A DNA stretch of 64,000 bases, taken from Candidatus Gottesmanbacteria bacterium (GTDB taxonomy: Bacteria; Patescibacteriota; Microgenomatia; UBA10105; UBA927). Each line of letters opens with the position of its first letter. The stretch's first letter is position 1. The stretch is taken from NCBI GenBank assembly GCA_023245335.1, contig JAHFKK010000001.1:555282-619281 (forward strand), given 5' to 3'. Below the pieces are notes generated by a model. It did no database searches. It was not told the DNA's origin and saw nothing but the letters and a program-made list of their open reading frames with translations. The translations under genes were made by a program, and so were the position numbers. Positions 9,740 to 17,928 of this stretch are shown in pieces.

Positions 9740-9940
9740 TTAGACGCTTCGTTTTACATTCTTTGCGCTCGGGCCTTTAGGTCCGTCAACCACATCAAAT
9801 GTCACGACTTCGCCAACTTGAAGCTCATCAAACGTGACGCCGACCAAGTCTTTCGAATGAAAAAATAGGTCTTTGGATTCGCCTTCACGTGTTATGAAGC
9901 CAAAACCCCTGTCTGTTTTCGTTTTGATTGTTCCTTTCAT
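9740..9940 (-). CDS. csp: Cold-shock protein
   Basis: RGFGFI (RNP1), DLFFH (RNP2), GPKGPSA; Shine-Dalgarno AAGGAG upstream. Confidence 0.95.
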   Translation of the reverse strand: MKGTIKTKTDRGFGFITREGESKDLFFHSKDLVGVTFDELQVGEVVTFDVVDGPKGPSAKNVKRSV

Positions 9941-10027
9941 ACTAGTGTGTCTCCTTTCAGTTTCTAGAGTATAACACGTTCGGGGTACGATTGTCGGATA
10001 GGTTTGGGATATAGGGGATAGTTGAGG

Positions 10028-10987
10028 CTAAAGGAGCGTGAGAAGGCTCGTCTTCAATTTGTCTATATGCTCTTCGTTGAGCACAGATCCGGAATATATT
10101 TCCTTGTGGAGCGGTTCGAATAACTTCGTCACCTCGCGTACTTTATTTTCTTCGACCAGGTCGGTTTTATTGAGAAAAATCACTTCGGGCTTTTCAAGAA
10201 GTTTCGGATTATATGCTTCAAACTCCTTACGTACGGTTTCGTATGCTTTGAGCGGGTCATCGATGGTTATGTCTATGCAGTGAACAAGAATTTTGGTTTT
10301 CTCTATGTGTTTGAGAAATTTTGTTCCCAGGCCGATGCCTTTTGATGCGCCTTCGATAAGGCCGGGAATGTCCGCGATGGCGTGCGTGCCCAACATACCG
10401 ATATTGGGCGTCAGTGTGGTAAAGGGATAGGCCCCTATCGCTGGCGTCGCGTTCGTGAGGCGGGTGAGAAGACTGCTTTTTCCGGCGTTCGGAAGGCCGA
10501 TAAGTCCGATCTCGGCGATCATCCGTAGTTCAAGATGGATATTTTTTAATTCGCCGGGATAGCCTAATTCCCGATTTTTCGGTGCTTGGTTGGTCGCGGA
10601 CTTGAATTTGAAGTTGCCGAAGCCGCCTTTCCCCCCGCGGGCGATGAGGATGGGGGAACCGACCGTATCTATCTCTATGATTTTCCCCGTGTCTATGTCT
10701 GTGATCCTAGTCCCCAGTGGGACGGAGATGATGATGTGCTCCGCATTTTTACCGAAGCCGTTATGTTTCGTGCCGTCGCCTCCGTTTAGGCCCCGTATTG
10801 CTTTTTTGAAACGGAATGCATGAAGGTCGTTGAGGTTGTTGGAGCCCTGAAAAAGTACATCGCCTCCGTGTCCGCCGTTACCGCCGTCCGGGCCGCCTTT
10901 GGCAGACATGGCAGTCCTGCGGAAGGTGGCTACGCCATTCCCGCCGTTACCGGCTTTGACAACTAGAGTGACGCTATCGATGAGCAT
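10028..10987 (-). CDS. obgE: GTPase ObgE/CgtA (no C-terminal extension)
   Basis: Gly-rich Obg domain GGPDGGNGG, GLPNAGKS, YPFTT, DIPG, NKTD. Confidence 0.95.
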   Translation of the reverse strand: MLIDSVTLVVKAGNGGNGVATFRRTAMSAKGGPDGGNGGHGGDVLFQGSNNLNDLHAFRFKKAIRGLNGGDGTKHNGFGKNAEHIIISVPLGTRITDIDTGKIIEIDTVGSPILIARGGKGGFGNFKFKSATNQAPKNRELGYPGELKNIHLELRMIAEIGLIGLPNAGKSSLLTRLTNATPAIGAYPFTTLTPNIGMLGTHAIADIPGLIEGASKGIGLGTKFLKHIEKTKILVHCIDITIDDPLKAYETVRKEFEAYNPKLLEKPEVIFLNKTDLVEENKVREVTKLFEPLHKEIYSGSVLNEEHIDKLKTSLLTLL

Positions 10988-11045
10988 ACCTGGCATTGTA
11001 CCATCATAGCGAGGCCGTCATCGGCTATTGAGGCTATAATTTCTA

Positions 11046-11960
11046 TCAAATGTCTTGTTTTGTCGTTGATACCTGTCGCCATTTCTGCCTCAGTACTTTT
11101 GCATAGCTCAGCGCTTTGTATTTGCAATACAGATTAATGGCCAATATCCCGATACTGTATACGGGTTTCCGTATGAACATCCATAACTGAGCGAGATATT
11201 TTTCTCTTTTTGACCGTGAGTATTCTTTGGTGACGATGTCGCCAAACATGTCCGTGAGGTAGGTAAATCGCGATAAATAGCGAGAATTTTGAGTGATTTG
11301 ATCCGCAAATGTCGTAGGGGATCGGTACCAGACATATGCCGTTCTTGCATACCGATATACAAATCCTCTGGTGGTGCAGCTGAAATAGAGAAAGTTGTCG
11401 TCGCTATCGATATTATCGGGAAGGCGAATCCGAGAAAAAAATCGGCGCGTCAGGCAATAAATTTTCCCCTCGGCCGTGTATGCGGTATTGCCACCCTTGA
11501 CGCGTATACGGAAAGCATCAAAGGTTTCATAAGACGTATTAACGCACCTTTCTACGAACGTCTTCCCTTCCCGCGGTTTTGCCCGTCCGCAAACCATGGC
11601 GACCTTAGGGTTAATGAGGGTTGGTTGGATAAGATGTGCGATCGTATCCTGTGCTCCTAGGACGACATCAGCGTCAAAGACAACAAGCAGGTCGGATTGA
11701 ACCGTATTAAATAATTCCTGAAGTCCAGCTATTTTACCTTTCCGTACTTTTCGGACAATTAACCGGATGCGCGAATCATGAACGGCTCGAACTTTTTTTA
11801 CGGTTGAATCCGTGCTTCTGTCGGAGAATACGATGATTTCTTTGAGTGTGAAGTTGCTTTCATGTTGGGCACAGATTGATCGTAACAGTTTTTGTATGTT
11901 ATGTTCTTCATTTAACGCTGATACTCCCACTGTTACTGACTTTGTTTCGGTTTTACGCAT
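11046..11960 (-). CDS. Glycosyltransferase family 2
   Basis: ALNEE, DRSTD, GK, FDAD and SDD motifs. Confidence 0.85.
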   Translation of the reverse strand: MRKTETKSVTVGVSALNEEHNIQKLLRSICAQHESNFTLKEIIVFSDRSTDSTVKKVRAVHDSRIRLIVRKVRKGKIAGLQELFNTVQSDLLVVFDADVVLGAQDTIAHLIQPTLINPKVAMVCGRAKPREGKTFVERCVNTSYETFDAFRIRVKGGNTAYTAEGKIYCLTRRFFSRIRLPDNIDSDDNFLYFSCTTRGFVYRYARTAYVWYRSPTTFADQITQNSRYLSRFTYLTDMFGDIVTKEYSRSKREKYLAQLWMFIRKPVYSIGILAINLYCKYKALSYAKVLRQKWRQVSTTKQDI

Positions 11961-12123
11961 AAGTATTGCGACGTAAACGAATATAATAATACGATATTAT
12001 CCATTGCCATGTGTCGCCGACGTAGCGTCTGAGTTAGGTTGTAATATATAACACAATTACCCATTGCGATTATTTCTTCGTTTCCTGTATAGTTTTCCTT
12101 ATAAAGAAAGGAAGGTGATAGAT

Positions 12124-12360
12124 ATGAAGACGATGACATGTAAACAAATGGGAGGCCCGTGTGACGCTCCTGTGCAGGGCAATACCGCCGATGAAATGAT
12201 GGCAAATGGTGCCATACACGTCAATGAGATGGCGGCCAAAGGCGATGAAGCGCACAAAAAAGTTCAGGAAATGATGCTTGAGATGCAAAAGAATCCCGCA
12301 TCAGGTGAAGAGTGGAATAAGAATTTTGCGGCAGCTTATGCAGCAAGTCCTGACAATTAA
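12124..12360 (+). CDS. Small DUF1059-like putative metal-binding protein
   Basis: MKTMTCKQMGGPCD...H...H pattern; Shine-Dalgarno GAAGGTGA before ATG 12124. Confidence 0.7.
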   Translation: MKTMTCKQMGGPCDAPVQGNTADEMMANGAIHVNEMAAKGDEAHKKVQEMMLEMQKNPASGEEWNKNFAAAYAASPDN

Positions 12361-12374
12361 TAATTTTGAGGAAT

Positions 12375-12424
12375 AAAAAGAAAAATCAGTTCACTATGTG
12401 TAGTGGCTGGTTTTTCTTTTTTTT
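12375..12424. terminator. Bidirectional terminator between convergent genes
   Basis: A-rich arm, CACTA-TGTG-TAGTG hairpin, long T tract. Confidence 0.7.
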
Positions 12425-12437
12425 GTGGGTAAAGTGA

Positions 12438-12863
12438 TTAGCCTTGCGAGTCTTCTACGTGTTGTTTTGCTTTTTGCCACGCGTGTTTGGGAGTAACCAG
12501 AATTCTTGGATCCTCTAGTCGATCGAAGGCATGAAGACCCCGGGCTAGAGCCGTAGCGCGTGATGATACCGGATCTTCTCCCTCGTGAGAGGTACGGACA
12601 TTATTAAGCGGCACAATTACCTTGCGGGCGCCTCTATGTAACGCGTAGTCTATGAGTCCTGACATGCAGACACCAGCTTTAGCGCCGTTTGCCACCACGA
12701 TTGCGCCCCGCGCGTCTTGAAGCGCATCATCCACCTCGGCGCTGTTGTCGTTTTTTGCGACGGTCCAGCCCTGTTTCTTTCGTTTTTTGGCAAGTTGATT
12801 CTGATCCTTAAAATCGCCTTTTCCAACGAAGATGCGGATAACTTTTGGTAGTATTTCAGTCAT
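12438..12863 (-). CDS. Hypothetical protein
   Basis: 141-aa ORF with TATAAT 8 nt before the ATG. Confidence 0.6.
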   Translation of the reverse strand: MTEILPKVIRIFVGKGDFKDQNQLAKKRKKQGWTVAKNDNSAEVDDALQDARGAIVVANGAKAGVCMSGLIDYALHRGARKVIVPLNNVRTSHEGEDPVSSRATALARGLHAFDRLEDPRILVTPKHAWQKAKQHVEDSQG

Positions 12864-12941
12864 GAGTCAGAATTATATCGAAATTTGGGAAATAAATGAT
12901 ATTCAAATGCCTCTCGCAAATGAAAGAGGCGGTATGCTAGG

Positions 12942-13253
12942 CTATTTTTTCTCCGTTACCGTATCAGCATAAAGCGTCGTGCCGGAAAATTGACCGGTGA
13001 CCTCGACATTTTTATTTGCATACGTTTTGAGGTCAATGGTTTGTGACGTGACGCCGGTCGTTTTCCCTTTTGTGTCTAGCAGTATGAAGGAGTAGTCGTC
13101 CCCTTTGCCCGGCATAAGCAATCCGGTCAGAGTATCGCTTTGGGACTTTGGCGCGACAGATGTTTGATTTTGATGCGACAGATATCGGAATCCGACAAAT
13201 CCGCCAAATCCTAATACCGCAATGATTACTACACCGACGATAAATTGCTTCAT
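12942..13253 (-). CDS. Small membrane-anchored protein with an OB-fold-like extracellular domain
   Basis: N-terminal TM; DLKTYANKNVEVTG resembles DLDQYVGLTVKVCG in 40561..41073; TATAAT 6 nt before the ATG. Confidence 0.7.
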   Translation of the reverse strand: MKQFIVGVVIIAVLGFGGFVGFRYLSHQNQTSVAPKSQSDTLTGLLMPGKGDDYSFILLDTKGKTTGVTSQTIDLKTYANKNVEVTGQFSGTTLYADTVTEKK

Positions 13254-13367
13254 ATCATGATTATATCAACTCACAAAGAAAGGCTTGAATAGAACCGATT
13301 TCTTTGGAGATGAAAGTTGTTTGGTAAATTTGTTTTGTGAGTACAGGTGTTGGGACGAAATAGGAAC

Positions 13368-13583
13368 TTACTTCTTGGAATGTTCTTCGGGATCTGTATT
13401 AGGTTTTTGTGTTGGAAGTTTCATAGCCAGTCGTAAAACTAATATTCCTTCGATAGATAATAAAAGAATAAACGTAATTCCCCAGGCGAGAATTGGAGGC
13501 GAGAATTCTCCGAATGGAATTAGGTGAAGAATTGCATAACCGATAATAGGAAAAAGAAGTACAGCAGTAATTGATAACTTCAT
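13368..13583 (-). CDS. Small two-TM hypothetical protein (AT-rich)
   Basis: 71-aa hydrophobic ORF downstream of the tRNA. Confidence 0.5.
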   Translation of the reverse strand: MKLSITAVLLFPIIGYAILHLIPFGEFSPPILAWGITFILLLSIEGILVLRLAMKLPTQKPNTDPEEHSKK

Positions 13584-13641
13584 AGTAAATATCTTGTGGA
13601 CCTCTTGAAAATATTAGATCCAGCTTGTGTTTTGTTAAGAA

Positions 13642-13884
13642 TTAATAGCCATTTTTATGCAAACAAAGAGTATATGTCATTTCTTGGAATGTTTTGATTT
13701 CATTTAGAGTGGCACTAGGTGGCATTTGAGCAGTCGATACGAATTGTTCACACGAGATTATTACCCGTTGTTTCAGTTCAAATGCTTTTCTATTAGCTGC
13801 ATCTTTTTGAGGTAAAAATACAACTAAGTAATACGCAAAAGACAATGCGAATACTAATACCGCCACAGAGAGAATCAATTTCAT
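13642..13884 (-). CDS. Small secreted/membrane hypothetical protein with a Cys pair (AT-rich)
   Basis: N-terminal TM, C...CLHKNG C-terminus; immediately 3' of tRNA-Glu. Confidence 0.55.
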   Translation of the reverse strand: MKLILSVAVLVFALSFAYYLVVFLPQKDAANRKAFELKQRVIISCEQFVSTAQMPPSATLNEIKTFQEMTYTLCLHKNGY

Positions 13885-13906
13885 AATTACGGTCTAATTT
13901 TAATTG

Positions 13907-13980
13907 TACCCCCAGTCGGATTCGGACCGACGATTTGTTCCTTGAGAAGGAACCGTCCTAGGCCGCTAGACGATGGGGGC
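13907..13980 (-). tRNA. tRNA-Glu (anticodon CTC), CCA not encoded
   Basis: Cloverleaf: acceptor GCCCCCA/TGGGGGT, anticodon arm GTTCC-TTCTCAA-GGAAC, T arm GTCGG-TCCGAAT-CCGAC; TACAAT promoter upstream. Confidence 0.93.
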
Positions 13981-14088
13981 GGCATGCATATTGTAGCATT
14001 ATTGCGGCGTATTTCGTAGCTAAGAACGAAAGCCGGTCATTACTCAAAATTGTGTGAAATACCCCATAGTTTTATCGTGAAATTGAGC

Positions 14089-14204
14089 TTGACAAGGCAA
14101 TATAACTTTGAGACAATCGAGGCTGGTGTAGAAGCCAAAAGGCTAAGAATTGTATTTATTATCTGTCTCCCCGGAACAATATGAATTTTGGGGAGGCTTT
14201 TTTT
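14089..14204 (+). promoter_or_regulatory. greA promoter and leader containing an intrinsic terminator (attenuator)
   Basis: TTGACA-17 bp-GACAAT; stem GTCTCCCCGGAA/TTTTGGGGAGGC (14165-14197) plus T7, ending 7 nt before the greA ATG. Confidence 0.7.
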
Positions 14205-14211
14205 ACTGCAT

Positions 14212-14676
14212 ATGGACAATAATCATGGCGTAGTTTTGACCAAAGAAGGCCTCAATACACTTAAAGCAGAATACGATGAACTCGTAAACGTCAAGCGGCC
14301 CGTCGCCGTGGAGCGTCTGGCAAACGCGCGCGATCAGGGGGACCTGGCGGAAAACAGCGAATATACCGATGCCAAACAGAATCTGGCCTTCATAGATGGC
14401 CGCATCGCTGAGCTTGAGGAAGTATTGCATGGCGTAAAAGTGGTCACGAGCCACCCGAAAGGGCAGATCGACGTCGGCTGCAAAGTGACGCTTCATTTGA
14501 ACGGCAAAAAGGAAGTATTTACGATCGTTGGAGAATGGGAAGCCGATCCGACCAGTAAAAAAATCTCTCATGAATCCCCCTTGGGAAAAGCCCTGTTGGG
14601 CAAGAAGGTGGGGGACAAGGTAGAGGTGGAAGCGCCGGCGGGCAAAATCCTCTACAAGATCTTACACATAGAGTAA
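14212..14676 (+). CDS. greA: Transcription elongation factor GreA
   Basis: GDLAENSEY, EADP...IS.ESPLGKAL, VEAPAG. Confidence 0.96.
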   Translation: MDNNHGVVLTKEGLNTLKAEYDELVNVKRPVAVERLANARDQGDLAENSEYTDAKQNLAFIDGRIAELEEVLHGVKVVTSHPKGQIDVGCKVTLHLNGKKEVFTIVGEWEADPTSKKISHESPLGKALLGKKVGDKVEVEAPAGKILYKILHIE

Positions 14677-14699
14677 GATCCTGACGATAGAAGAAAAAG

Positions 14700-14726
14700 A
14701 TCCCGCCACCAGGCGGGATTTTCTTT
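14700..14726 (+). terminator. Intrinsic terminator after greA
   Basis: ATCCCGCC-ACCA-GGCGGGAT followed by TTTCTTT. Confidence 0.8.
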
Positions 14727-14727
14727 G

Positions 14728-14753
14728 TCCGTCGTAGCCTTGGCGAAGACGGA
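14728..14753. repeat. REP-like short palindromic repeat
   Basis: TCCGTC-GTAGCCTTGGCGAA-GACGGA; resembles the widespread CCGCCGTAGCCTTGGCGAAGGCGG intergenic repeat (from memory). Confidence 0.55.
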
Positions 14754-14769
14754 TGTATATAATAGGACT

Positions 14770-16698
14770 ATGGCAACCATAGACGAGCTGAAAAAAATTA
14801 GGATAGAGAAATTAGAAGCGTTGAGAAAGCAGGGGATTGACCCCTATCCCTCCGTCGTGCGTCGGGATCAGACGATCAGTCAAGCTCTGGAGATGGATGC
14901 GAAACAGGTTGCTGTTACGGGACGAATTTTGGGCATGCGGGGACATGGGAAAATCTACTTTGTCGACCTTGCCGATGAATCCGGCCGTATTCAGGTCGTA
15001 CTGAAAGCGGATGCATGTTCTCAGGATTCTTTCGCGTTAATTCCTCAGTTGGATATTGCGGACTTCATAGCAGTGCAAGGTGTGGTAGGAAAAACTCAGG
15101 CAGGCGAGGCATCTGTTTTTGCAGATGATTTCCAGATGCTTACCAAAACGCTCTTACCGCTTCCCGATCAGTGGCATGGATTGAAAGATGTCGAAGAGCG
15201 TTATCGCAAACGATATCTGGATACGATACTCAATGAAGATGTCAGACATCGTCTCCAGAAGCGGAGCAGAATCATCGACAGCGTACGTGATTTTTTGACG
15301 GATCGCGATTTTCTGGAAGTGGAGACGCCGACATTGCAGCCCGTGTATGGGGGCGGTTTTGCCCGACCGTTTTCTACCCACCATAACGAACTGGCGGCGG
15401 ATTTTTATCTCCGGATTTCCGATGAAATGTATCTTAAACGCCTCATTGTAGGAGGATTCGATAAAGTATTTGAAATTACCAAGGTATTCCGTAACGAAGG
15501 CGTGGATCACGATCACAATCCTGAGTTCACCATGTTTGAAGCGCAGATCGCATATGAAGATTATTCCTATGGTATGGATATCATCGAAGAGATTATCGAA
15601 TACAGCGCACTTCAGACATTGGGGACAACCAAATTTACCTATCAGGGAGTGAAAATGGACGTTAAAAGACCGTGGTCGCGGTACAAAGTGGTAGAAGCGA
15701 TCAAAGAATTTACCGGCGTGGATGTACTCACTTGGAAAACGCTCGCAGAAGCTAAAGCGGCGATCCAAAAAGTTGAAGGCATCGTGGAAGACAAATTCAA
15801 GGAACTGAAAAAGATGCAACATATAGGCCAATGTATAGCGTTTCTCTTTGAGGAAGCGGTGGAAGAGAAGCTGATTCAGCCGACGATCATCTATGACTAC
15901 CCGATAGAAATTTCTCCGCTTGCGAAAAAATGCGAGGATCCACGGTTTACCCAAAGGTTTGAAATGTTTGCATTCGGATCAGAACTCGGCAATAACTATA
16001 CGGAACTTAATGATCCTATTGATCTCCGTAAACGATTTGTTGACGAGAAAGAACGGGAAAAAGCCGGGTTCGCGGAAGCACATCAGACGGATTACGATTA
16101 TCTCGAAGCTATAGAACATGGATTTCCGCCGACCTGCGGCATTGCTATAGGTATTGATAGGCTGGTCATGCTCTTAACCGACGCGAAGTCCATAAAGGAA
16201 GTGATTCCGTTTCCGACACTGCGGCCGCAGAAGAATACAGAGCATATGCCGGCAACGATGAATCAAGTGGCATTACCTGATGAAAAAAGCATGCGGTTTA
16301 TCGCTATCGTGCGAAATGATATAGAAGCAGGAAGGCGCATGAATGCTCTGGGTCATATGACGGCGGGATTGGCGGGGGGCTTCGAAAAGGCAAAAGAAAT
16401 GTGCTTTTTACAATATTCGGATAAAGATAACGGGATACACCCGAATATTTCTCATTTTCCGTTTATTGTATTAAAAGCCGATAATTCCAGTCAGATACGG
16501 AAAGTCCGCGAAGAGGCCCAAAAGCGGGGAATTATATTTACCGACTTTACGAGTACTATGACGGTGGGCACATCAGCGGAACAACAGACAAGAACCAGGG
16601 AAACAGCGGAATCCGAACTGGACTATTTTGGTATCTGTCTTTTTGGAAAAACAGATGAGCTCCGGGAATTCACTAAAAAATTCTCCCTTTTTAAATAA
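14770..16698 (+). CDS. lysS: Lysine--tRNA ligase (class II) with a C-terminal DUF2000 (Pth2-like fold) fusion
   Basis: OB domain, EVETP, FRNEG..HNPEFT, ELGNNYTELNDP, GIGIDRL, EVIPFP; then about 146 extra aa (MNALGHMTAG...YSDKDNGIHPNIS...YFGICLFG). Confidence 0.93.
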   Translation: MATIDELKKIRIEKLEALRKQGIDPYPSVVRRDQTISQALEMDAKQVAVTGRILGMRGHGKIYFVDLADESGRIQVVLKADACSQDSFALIPQLDIADFIAVQGVVGKTQAGEASVFADDFQMLTKTLLPLPDQWHGLKDVEERYRKRYLDTILNEDVRHRLQKRSRIIDSVRDFLTDRDFLEVETPTLQPVYGGGFARPFSTHHNELAADFYLRISDEMYLKRLIVGGFDKVFEITKVFRNEGVDHDHNPEFTMFEAQIAYEDYSYGMDIIEEIIEYSALQTLGTTKFTYQGVKMDVKRPWSRYKVVEAIKEFTGVDVLTWKTLAEAKAAIQKVEGIVEDKFKELKKMQHIGQCIAFLFEEAVEEKLIQPTIIYDYPIEISPLAKKCEDPRFTQRFEMFAFGSELGNNYTELNDPIDLRKRFVDEKEREKAGFAEAHQTDYDYLEAIEHGFPPTCGIAIGIDRLVMLLTDAKSIKEVIPFPTLRPQKNTEHMPATMNQVALPDEKSMRFIAIVRNDIEAGRRMNALGHMTAGLAGGFEKAKEMCFLQYSDKDNGIHPNISHFPFIVLKADNSSQIRKVREEAQKRGIIFTDFTSTMTVGTSAEQQTRTRETAESELDYFGICLFGKTDELREFTKKFSLFK

Positions 16699-16701
16699 TC
16701 C

Positions 16702-17268
16702 ATGATCACACGGGCTCAGGCTTTGGAACTATTGCACGCGCACACGCAAAACCAAAATCTCCGGCGGCACATGTATGCGGTAGGATTTGCCATGCGCGCG
16801 CTTGCCGAGAAACTAGGCGGAGAGCCGGATATGTGGGAGACACTTGGACTTCTCCATGATGCGGATTGGGAAGAAACCAAGGATACGCCGAATGAACATA
16901 CGAAACATTCATTAGCGTGGTTAAAGGAGTCGGGGGAAGTCGAAGGACCTCTCGTCCACGCGCTTATGTCGCATAACCGCAAACTTACGGGACTCGCCGA
17001 AGTGGAGGGGAATATGGAGTGGGCACTGGAAACGGTCGACGAGCTTACCGGCTTCATCGTCGCGGTAGCGCTCGTTCGCCCCGAAAAGAAATTGGAGCTC
17101 GTCTCCGTAGAATCCGTCATGAAGAAATGGAAAATGAAAGCATTCGCGGCAGCGGTAGAGCGGGAACAGATCGCGCAGTGTGAAGATACGCTCCACATAC
17201 CGCTTCCCGAATTTATCCAACTCACACTCACTGCAATGCAATCACACCATGAAGAGTTAGGACTGTAA
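16702..17268 (+). CDS. HD-domain hydrolase (COG2316-like)
   Basis: LRRHM, GLLHDADWE, H...SH...VDELTGFIVA, FAAAV.RE.I. Confidence 0.85.
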   Translation: MITRAQALELLHAHTQNQNLRRHMYAVGFAMRALAEKLGGEPDMWETLGLLHDADWEETKDTPNEHTKHSLAWLKESGEVEGPLVHALMSHNRKLTGLAEVEGNMEWALETVDELTGFIVAVALVRPEKKLELVSVESVMKKWKMKAFAAAVEREQIAQCEDTLHIPLPEFIQLTLTAMQSHHEELGL

Positions 17269-17297
17269 GTATATTCGCATGTTAATACGTTGATATA

Positions 17298-17921
17298 ATG
17301 AAACTTCTTGTTGCCACAACGAACCCCGGTAAATTAACCGAAATAAAGCATTATTTATCCGAGGTACCGATTGAACTGGTCAGTCTCAAAGACGTCGGGA
17401 TTACTGACGCGGTCGAGGAAACCGGTACGACATTTGAGGAAAACGCGATTCTGAAAGCACAGCATTACGCCAAAGAATCCGGGCTTATGACGCTTGCTGA
17501 TGACGGAGGATTTGAGATAGATGCCTTGGGTGGCGAGCCCGGTATCAAGTCCCACCGATGGGTGCATGGTGACCGGGAAAGTACGGATGAGGAACTCATA
17601 GCGCACGCGTTTAAAATGATGAAGAATATACCATCCGGCAAGCGCGACGCACAGCTTCGACTTGTGCTGGCACTGGTTAGGGCAAACGGAGAAGTCGTTG
17701 CGACGGTCGAGGAAAAAGTGCGCGGTATCGTGCCGGAAGCTCCATCAAATGCACGGAGCGAAGGGTTCCCATACCGTTCAATCCTCTTTATTCCGGAGAT
17801 GAATAAATATTACGATCAAAACGTCATGACGATTGAGGAAGCGGAGCGGCATAACCACAGAAAGCGGGCACTTGAACGAATGAAGCCGTACCTACTGCAA
17901 ATAGCTTCGGGAAGTGTATAA
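17298..17921 (+). CDS. rdgB: Non-canonical purine NTP pyrophosphatase (RdgB/Ham1 family), variant motifs
   Basis: ATTNPGK, EETGTTFEENAILKA, ADDGG, L.GEPG, NHR. Confidence 0.88.
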   Translation: MKLLVATTNPGKLTEIKHYLSEVPIELVSLKDVGITDAVEETGTTFEENAILKAQHYAKESGLMTLADDGGFEIDALGGEPGIKSHRWVHGDRESTDEELIAHAFKMMKNIPSGKRDAQLRLVLALVRANGEVVATVEEKVRGIVPEAPSNARSEGFPYRSILFIPEMNKYYDQNVMTIEEAERHNHRKRALERMKPYLLQIASGSV

Positions 17922-17928
17922 TAATCGT

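Noticed and set aside
12400-13906. attR duplicate of the tRNA-Glu 3' end
   Set aside because: No copy of TACCCCCAGTCGG was found by eye downstream, and there is no integrase.
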